Source: a virus | Lineage: Duplodnaviria; Caudoviricetes | IMG/VR virus record: IMGVR_UViG_3300032243_001145 | Span: 32,001 to 96,000 of that record | DNA: 64,000 bases | Strand: one strand, 5' to 3' | Part shown: positions 57,913 through 64,000 of the stretch, piece by piece | Layout: every line of letters begins with the position of its first letter | Numbering within the stretch: the first letter of the stretch is position 1 | The notes under the pieces: model-generated | Seen by the model: the letters and a program-made list of their open reading frames with translations, nothing else | Told to the model about the DNA's origin: nothing | The model's database searches: none | Position numbers and translations under genes: made by a program

Positions 57913-58467
57913 TTATTTTAACGCTGTTCTAAAATATCTTACAGTTACTTCTCCTGATACTGGGGTTACTGTTAGATTAATTATACCATTCACGGATTCA
58001 AAAGCCGTGGTTGCAATTGCTGTATTTGCATTTGTTACTATGTTAGATTCTGAAACATAAATATCAGAAGATCCTCTTAGTGCTGTTAGATTAGAAAAAT
58101 ATGACTCACCAGTTGATGTTTTTACAATTTGCAACGCATATGATGCCGTCCGATAATCTGCTGAGGCGTATGAGTCTATAGTTGTTTTGTTTTGAATTCC
58201 TGCGATTGTTAGATCGTTATTTCCTTCTAGACCCATCAAAGTTTCAATATTTGTTGAAGTGTTAGAAAGATTTGTAACTGATGCTGAAAGCTGATTGACC
58301 TTGTAAGTCAAAGAATCTGAATCTGAAGAGTTTGTTACACCCACTACATTTTCTAATGCTTCAATTGCGTCATTTGCGTTAGCATGTTGTGCTGCATGTC
58401 CAGATAACTCATCCGTAGATGCTGGATTTGTGAGATTGTCTTTGCTTACTGGAAAGCTTGTTGCCAT
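57913..58467 (-). CDS. Virion structural protein
   Basis: HAAQHANANDAIEALE N-terminus; C-terminal DYRTA domain resembling that of 56348..57889. Confidence 0.7.
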   Translation of the reverse strand: MATSFPVSKDNLTNPASTDELSGHAAQHANANDAIEALENVVGVTNSSDSDSLTYKVNQLSASVTNLSNTSTNIETLMGLEGNNDLTIAGIQNKTTIDSYASADYRTASYALQIVKTSTGESYFSNLTALRGSSDIYVSESNIVTNANTAIATTAFESVNGIINLTVTPVSGEVTVRYFRTALK

Positions 58468-58521
58468 GTTTCCTCCTGGCGGTGTTGCATAAACTAATTA
58501 TACCTTAAATATAATTATAAT

Positions 58522-58722
58522 TTAAGCAAGGACCGCTAAAATTTGACTTTGCTTTTCTGCAATTGATGCTGTTAATGCTGCAACAATTTCTGCATTTGGA
58601 GATGTTTTTGCGTTTTCTGCAATCTTCTCTACTTCAAAAGAATACATCTGATATTCTAATGAACGTACTGCTGATTGTTTTACTGCCGCTTTTTCATCTT
58701 CTGTTAAGTGTGCGTATGTCAT
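58522..58722 (-). CDS. Small helical protein
   Basis: AGGAG RBS; 66 aa. Confidence 0.7.
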   Translation of the reverse strand: MTYAHLTEDEKAAVKQSAVRSLEYQMYSFEVEKIAENAKTSPNAEIVAALTASIAEKQSQILAVLA

Positions 58723-58732
58723 TTTGTTCTCC

Positions 58733-58915
58733 TTATAGTTCAGCTAAAAGCTGACTGTATGTATTTCTTTCAGATATATGATTATCTAAAATTGATTGAT
58801 TTGAAGGTTTGCCTTCTGGGGCTTCTTCTTTAAACGGCTCAATTTCAGAAATTAAAAAGTTTAATCTCTCTATTTTACCATTTAAAATTTCTATTTTCTT
58901 ATCTATATTTAACAT
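58733..58915 (-). CDS. Small helical protein
   Basis: 60-aa ORF packed between neighbours. Confidence 0.6.
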   Translation of the reverse strand: MLNIDKKIEILNGKIERLNFLISEIEPFKEEAPEGKPSNQSILDNHISERNTYSQLLAEL

Positions 58916-58916
58916 T

Positions 58917-60698
58917 TTATGCCCATCCTGTGGAAACTGTAGTGGATGTTCCAGCGCTATTTGAGGCAGATATGCTTACCCAACGTGCCCATGTTGCTGT
59001 AGAATCATTTCTTGTTACTGTTACAGATCCGCCTGCTGGTATTGACCCACCTGAGCCAGAAGTAGATGCTGTAACTGTACCTCCATTTGATCTAGAGAAT
59101 TGAACTCCCCAACTATATGATGTTGCGGCTGAAGATGAATTGTTTGTTATTGTTAAAGTCCATTGATATTTTCCACCAATATATCCATCATAATTATTTG
59201 AAACAGATAGTGATGGTACAACTGTTGGTGGTGGTGCAGTAGTAAATGTAGCAGATGCAGATGATGATGATGAAGATCCTACACTATTGCTAGCATAAAC
59301 AGAAATAAACATTGATCCTGCTGCACGAACTTGAACTGAAGTTCCTGTTGTAGATCCGCTTGTATAATATCCACCATTTTGATATACAGTATAGTAATAA
59401 GTTATTGTTCCTCCACCAGTCGCTGTTGATGCAGTCCAATAAAAAGTTCCTCCTGTTGGACTTAAATTATCAGAGCCATAAACTCCTGATGGATCGGTTG
59501 GAGCGGTTGCTTTTGATGTAAATGAAGCGCTTCCGCTTCCTGCTTGAGATGTAAATATACCATCTGATGCAGTTACTGATATTGAAAATGATCCTGAAGC
59601 TGATACCTGGACGCTTGTTCCAGAAGTTGACCCAGATGTATAATAAGATCCATTTTGATATATAGTATAAGAATATCCTGTTATTGATCTTCCTATTGGA
59701 GAAGTTGATGCAGTCCAATAAAAAGTTCCTCCTGTTGGATTAACATCATCAGAGCCATAAATATTAGAAGGTGCAGTTGGATACGGTTCATATAAATTTG
59801 ATGATGCGCTTGCTGATGTGCCAGTTTTATTAGACGTAAATACAGTTGTTTGAATTCCATATCCTTGAATTCCTGCTGGTGATCTTGGATACACTGAAAT
59901 ATAATTATTTGGATTATCATCTGCAAGGTTCCAAGTATAATTTGTTTGTGACGAAGGTAGATTTATTGTTGTTTGTGTATTATTTCCATATCTTACAACA
60001 TCATAAGATGCTGCGCCTGGTGCTGCTGTCCATGTCATATAAACTTGTTTATTAGAATTGACTGGAGTTGCATATACTGTAATTGAACCAGCATTTCCAG
60101 TTCCAGTATAATTACCAGATTGTCCAGAAGAATCAGGATAAATTGATCCATTTGTTGAAGTTACTGAAACTGATGTAGCATTGCTTGATGACCAAGATCC
60201 AGAATAAGATAATCCATTTATAGATAAATTAATTGATGCAGTTGGAGTAATTGTTGAATCATAAGCTGTAAGACTTGCTACTGTGGGTAAAACAGTTGCT
60301 CCATATGAATTAGTTACTGGTGTACTTCCTCTTCCATTAGTAGCTGTAATTTGTACAGATATTATTTTATCTATATCTGTTGTAGTTGTTAAATATGTTT
60401 GTGAAGTTGCTCCAGAAATTTCAGATCCACTTCTATACCATTTATAAGTATAAGAAGTTGGTGCATAAGCAGGATTCATATTCCATGTTGCATTTGCTGT
60501 ATATGTTGTTCCTACTGTTGGGTATGGTGTACCAGAAATTGAAAGAGTTGGACCGCTAATTATTTGAGGATAGTTGGGATAAGCAATTTGCCATCCATTA
60601 TTATATACCCACCCTTTTAAAGCAGAAGCCCAGCTTGAACCAGTATATATTTTAACTGATTTATTATCTTGCCAGTCTGTACCATCATATATTTTCAT
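58917..60698 (-). CDS. Ig/FN3-repeat Ser/Thr-rich virion protein (putative adhesin)
   Basis: YTYKWYR...ISGATSQTY Ig-like motif; tandem duplicated PTGGTFYWTAST...YQNG.YYTSGST domain. Confidence 0.78.
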   Translation of the reverse strand: MKIYDGTDWQDNKSVKIYTGSSWASALKGWVYNNGWQIAYPNYPQIISGPTLSISGTPYPTVGTTYTANATWNMNPAYAPTSYTYKWYRSGSEISGATSQTYLTTTTDIDKIISVQITATNGRGSTPVTNSYGATVLPTVASLTAYDSTITPTASINLSINGLSYSGSWSSSNATSVSVTSTNGSIYPDSSGQSGNYTGTGNAGSITVYATPVNSNKQVYMTWTAAPGAASYDVVRYGNNTQTTINLPSSQTNYTWNLADDNPNNYISVYPRSPAGIQGYGIQTTVFTSNKTGTSASASSNLYEPYPTAPSNIYGSDDVNPTGGTFYWTASTSPIGRSITGYSYTIYQNGSYYTSGSTSGTSVQVSASGSFSISVTASDGIFTSQAGSGSASFTSKATAPTDPSGVYGSDNLSPTGGTFYWTASTATGGGTITYYYTVYQNGGYYTSGSTTGTSVQVRAAGSMFISVYASNSVGSSSSSSASATFTTAPPPTVVPSLSVSNNYDGYIGGKYQWTLTITNNSSSAATSYSWGVQFSRSNGGTVTASTSGSGGSIPAGGSVTVTRNDSTATWARWVSISASNSAGTSTTVSTGWA

Positions 60699-60705
60699 TT
60701 ATGTC

Positions 60706-62934
60706 CTAGTATTGTATATAAATATCCCCAGCAACCATTCCTGTAACAGGTAATGTGCCAGTATTATTATAAAATGTTTTTGCGCCACCAGATATTGTTG
60801 TAGTTCCTCCGAGTGCTACTGACGTACCGTTGATTGTTATAGATGAATTTGCTAATTTATTATTTGCTATTGATCCAGCAAGCATTGTATTTGTTACAGT
60901 TGCAGAATCTAAAAGTGTAACTGCTGTTCCAGATATTTTAGATTTATCAATTGCTGCTGAAGCATTAATATCTGCGTTAACAATAGTTCCATCAGCAATC
61001 ATAGCTGATGTAATAGTGCCTGATGGGGCAGAAAAAGTACCAGTAAATGATGCATTATTAATTGGTGCATAGGCTGCTAAATTAAGATTTGCCCAAGATG
61101 ATGATGTACCATCAGTTGTTAAATATTTTCCTGCATTATTTAATTGTGCTGGTAGTGCTGAAATACCAGTTACCGTTGCACCCGAAAAATCTACTGTTCC
61201 AGTAAATACTGGTGAGGCTTTTGTTGCATAGGTTGATGATGCAATCGACGTAGCTAATTTAGCATCTAAAGCTGTTTGAGTTGCACTAGATATTGGCTTT
61301 AATGCATCTGTTGTGTTGTCAACATTTCCTAAGCCAACCATTGATTTTGTAATACCAGCAACCGTGCCAGTAAATGTAGGGGAAGCAATTGGTGCATAGG
61401 TTGATGCAGCTGTTGCTGAAGACAGCTTGGTTCCAACTAATGTAGTTAATGAAGATGCAGCTGTTTGATCTGCTGCAATATAATCTGAAATTTCCTTTAG
61501 TGTGTCAAATGTTGCAGGAGCTCCATTAACAACAGTTGCTATTTGCGCTGCAATGTCAGAAGTTCTTGCAATTGTATTAGGGATAACAGAATCTAAAATT
61601 GTACCGCTTACTACTCCAAGCTTTGCATAGCCTCCTGGCAGATTTGCTTCTGCTTCAATTACATAACCATCTAATGTATTTGCCAGTGTGGTATTGTTAG
61701 TAAAATTAGTATTTACATATGTAAGCATTGATTCAGATGCTTGATTGACATTTACATAAACGTCTGTGAAACGTGAAAGGTTTGCAATCTGCGCTCTTTC
61801 ATTTGTAAAGTAAAGGTTTGTTGTTCCTTCTGTTACGTTATCAGAGTTTCCGCTAAAACTAGACCCGCTAGTTCCTGCTGCGCCTTGTGGAATTGTAAAA
61901 TTAAGAATTGCGGCAGAAGTTGTGCCCGCATTTGTAACAATAGCTGAAGAGCCTGGCGCACCTGTTGTAACAGTTCCTATTGCTACTGTTGCTGAAGATC
62001 CATTTGTGCCATTTGTACCAGCAGGTCCTGTAAGACCTGTGTCTCCTTTTAATCCCTGCGGACCAGCTGCGCCAGTTGCGCCAGTTGCGCCAGTTGCGCC
62101 AGTGTCGCCCTTTAATCCCTGCGGACCCACATCTCCACGAGGAATTGTAAAATTAAATAATGCCGCAGTTGGTGTTCCAGTATTTGTAATAGAAACAGAT
62201 GTTCCTGGGTTTCCAGTTGAAACTGTTCCAAGCGTAATTGTAGACGATGCTCCACCTGAAGATAATCCAGAAACAGCTGCATTAATTGCAGTATTTCTAT
62301 TTGTAATTTCAGTTGAGATTGCAGTATTTATTGCAGTATTTCTATTTGAAACTTCTGTTGTAATTTTATTATCTGTGTATGTATTTGCAGTAGAGATAGC
62401 AGATGCAGCTGAAATAATATCTTTGGTGTCAGATGCAGCTGCTGCTGTTAAAATTGCTGCAGCTTGAGCTGCATTTGCTTTATTTGTAGCATCGCTTGAC
62501 GCTGTATTAATTGCTTCAGTTTTTGCTGTGGATATAGCTGTATTCCTATTTGAAATTTCTGTTGAAATTGCGCTAACTATGGAGGCAGAAACCGCATCTA
62601 TAGCTCTTTGGTTTGTAAAATATTTATTTGTTGTACCTTCTGATATGGAGTTAGTTGTTAATGTAGCAATTGCAGCATTTAAATCAACTCCTGCTGAAAT
62701 AGAATCTGGAAGTTGTGAGGTAGGTATTTTGCCAGCTGAGTTAAGTGTAGCGATTCCATTGGCTTCGCCAACTTTTAATGCATAAGAGGTTGTGGCATTC
62801 CATCTTGAACCATTACCAATTTTAAATTTAAGGGTATCTGTTTCAATACCAAGTTCACCTTGTAATAAGATTGGATTGTTAGAAACCCAATTTGCTGCAG
62901 TGTCTCTTCTAAGTTGTATTCTTAATGATGCCAT
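60706..62934 (-). CDS. Fibre protein with Mtd_N-like domain and collagen-like segment
   Basis: IQLRRDTAANW...GELGIETDTLKFKIGNG; GPQGLKGDTGATGATG; EGTTNLYFT. Confidence 0.82.
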   Translation of the reverse strand: MASLRIQLRRDTAANWVSNNPILLQGELGIETDTLKFKIGNGSRWNATTSYALKVGEANGIATLNSAGKIPTSQLPDSISAGVDLNAAIATLTTNSISEGTTNKYFTNQRAIDAVSASIVSAISTEISNRNTAISTAKTEAINTASSDATNKANAAQAAAILTAAAASDTKDIISAASAISTANTYTDNKITTEVSNRNTAINTAISTEITNRNTAINAAVSGLSSGGASSTITLGTVSTGNPGTSVSITNTGTPTAALFNFTIPRGDVGPQGLKGDTGATGATGATGAAGPQGLKGDTGLTGPAGTNGTNGSSATVAIGTVTTGAPGSSAIVTNAGTTSAAILNFTIPQGAAGTSGSSFSGNSDNVTEGTTNLYFTNERAQIANLSRFTDVYVNVNQASESMLTYVNTNFTNNTTLANTLDGYVIEAEANLPGGYAKLGVVSGTILDSVIPNTIARTSDIAAQIATVVNGAPATFDTLKEISDYIAADQTAASSLTTLVGTKLSSATAASTYAPIASPTFTGTVAGITKSMVGLGNVDNTTDALKPISSATQTALDAKLATSIASSTYATKASPVFTGTVDFSGATVTGISALPAQLNNAGKYLTTDGTSSSWANLNLAAYAPINNASFTGTFSAPSGTITSAMIADGTIVNADINASAAIDKSKISGTAVTLLDSATVTNTMLAGSIANNKLANSSITINGTSVALGGTTTISGGAKTFYNNTGTLPVTGMVAGDIYIQY

Positions 62935-62935
62935 T

Positions 62936-63394
62936 TTATGAACCTCCTGCATCAACAATTATACCATCGTTGTCTGCAGAACTTCCTCCTTCTAGAACTT
63001 CGTCTTGTACTACTGTAACGCTGCCTTCTGGGTTTCCGCCATCAAGCAATGTTTGGTTTTCAAATGTTCCGCCTTGGTTTGATGTTGAAGGACTTTGTCC
63101 GTCGTATCCAATTACAAATGGTAATACTAGATCGGGAGAATCTGAAGTATTTGTTTCATTAAATGTAATCTTATTCTGAACATCAATTGTATGAACATTT
63201 CCATCAAATGTGTGAGTATGCATATAAAATGGTGTTGGGTCTGTGCTTGGCGGGGTAAGCTCTACCCAAACCATACCATTGTATATTCTTAAATTCTTAC
63301 TTATTACATTGAAGTATATATCTCCAACAGTGGCTATGTCGGGGTTCTCCATAGAAGTAAGAAGATTAAGTGCAACCTTCATTTGTCTGGACAT
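62936..63394 (-). CDS. Small acidic virion protein
   Basis: GDIYFN...LRIYNGMVWV; DGG repeats. Confidence 0.65.
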   Translation of the reverse strand: MSRQMKVALNLLTSMENPDIATVGDIYFNVISKNLRIYNGMVWVELTPPSTDPTPFYMHTHTFDGNVHTIDVQNKITFNETNTSDSPDLVLPFVIGYDGQSPSTSNQGGTFENQTLLDGGNPEGSVTVVQDEVLEGGSSADNDGIIVDAGGS

Positions 63395-63398
63395 TTTA

Positions 63399-64000
63399 TT
63401 ATCCTACAACTACTACTTTATATTCTCCAGCTGACGGGGCTATTGCAAAGTCTACTGTTACTGTATTTGAGCTAGTTCTTTTTACATCAGCTTCAACTTG
63501 TGCAAATGGTGATGCTGCTTCAAATATTTGAACAGTAACATCTGTTGTACCTAGGTTGTGAGTTATTGTATAAGAAGTAGCAGATGCACCAAGTGTTTCT
63601 GCATATTTTCTAGCAATTGCATGATAATTTGTTCCATTATTTGTTAATGTCCATTTATCATTAGTTTCATTCCATAAAATTTCAACATCAGTTTCTAAAC
63701 CACGTTCTACAACAATTCCTGCATCTGTTGTTGGAGTTCCAGAAAATGTGCTATTAAGCTTTACTTTATTATCTTCAATATTAATCTGTGTTGTATTTAC
63801 AGAATTAACGGTTCCAATAACATTTAAGTTTCCGCCAACTTGCAAGTTTCCAGTAATTTCTACGTTGTCTGGGAGTCCTACAGTTACAGCTGCGTTATGT
63901 CCGCTATTTGGAGAAACAGTAATTTCATTTGCTGTTCCAATAATAGTTGCTACATAATCTCCTGTTGTTTGTGAATCTAAATTAATATCTTTTACAGATA
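63399..64000 (-). CDS. Fibre-like virion protein, C-terminal part (starts beyond the window)
   Basis: Frame is open to the window edge (SVKDINLDSQ...); GNLNVIGT...IEDNKV, ITHNLGTTDVTVQ. Confidence 0.8.
   Translation of the reverse strand, partial: SVKDINLDSQTTGDYVATIIGTANEITVSPNSGHNAAVTVGLPDNVEITGNLQVGGNLNVIGTVNSVNTTQINIEDNKVKLNSTFSGTPTTDAGIVVERGLETDVEILWNETNDKWTLTNNGTNYHAIARKYAETLGASATSYTITHNLGTTDVTVQIFEAASPFAQVEADVKRTSSNTVTVDFAIAPSAGEYKVVVVG

Noticed and set aside
39406-62785. Long plus-strand ORFs (39406, 44939, 54334, 57159, 61922 and others)
   Set aside because: Antisense mirrors of Ala/Thr/Gly-rich minus-strand genes with biased codons; no independent motifs or expression signals.
53217-62934. 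Diversity-generating retroelement suggested by Mtd_N-like domains
   Set aside because: No reverse transcriptase and no template/variable repeat pair with adenine-specific differences seen in this window.
1-64000. tRNA, rRNA, integrase, terminase or lysis genes
   Set aside because: Intergenic gaps are short and no such motifs were recognised; they may lie outside the window.

Overview
A 64-kb slice of a large, AT-rich, long-tailed (siphovirus-type) dsDNA phage genome. Every credible gene is on the minus strand, so transcription runs from 64000 towards 1. In transcription order: (1) 64000-53217, a block of fibre/appendage proteins (two Mtd_N-type fibres, collagen-like, Ala-rich coiled coil, FN3/Ig-like). 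(2) 53190-45582, an accessory cassette: an FN3 protein carrying a (PPxFF)n repeat and a C-terminal Hint (intein-like) domain, then a sulfotransferase, an Asp/Asn-beta-hydroxylase-family enzyme, five prolyl-hydroxylase-like 2OG-Fe(II) oxygenases and two DUF6065-like proteins. (3) 45564-14205, morphogenesis: collagen/S74 fibre, LamG protein, portal, prohead protease-scaffold, HK97-type capsid, head-tail proteins, major tail, frameshifted tail chaperones, a 3361-aa tape measure with enzymatic cargo, and tail tip. (4) 14119-1, replication/recombination: metallophosphoesterase, DnaB, primase, SSB, DnaE, MazG-like, RecA, two resolvase-like nucleases and a Cas4-like exonuclease, with a second 2OG oxygenase and DUF6065 gene inserted. 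The best candidate for an undescribed system is cassette (2), which reads as a substrate plus tailoring enzymes for post-translational decoration of a self-processing, Pro/Phe-rich virion protein. DnaE/RecA/Cas4 gene content and several apparently leaderless promoters suggest an actinobacterial host (inference). No tRNA, rRNA, CRISPR array, integrase, terminase or lysin was seen. All family assignments come from motif recognition by eye, not database searches.
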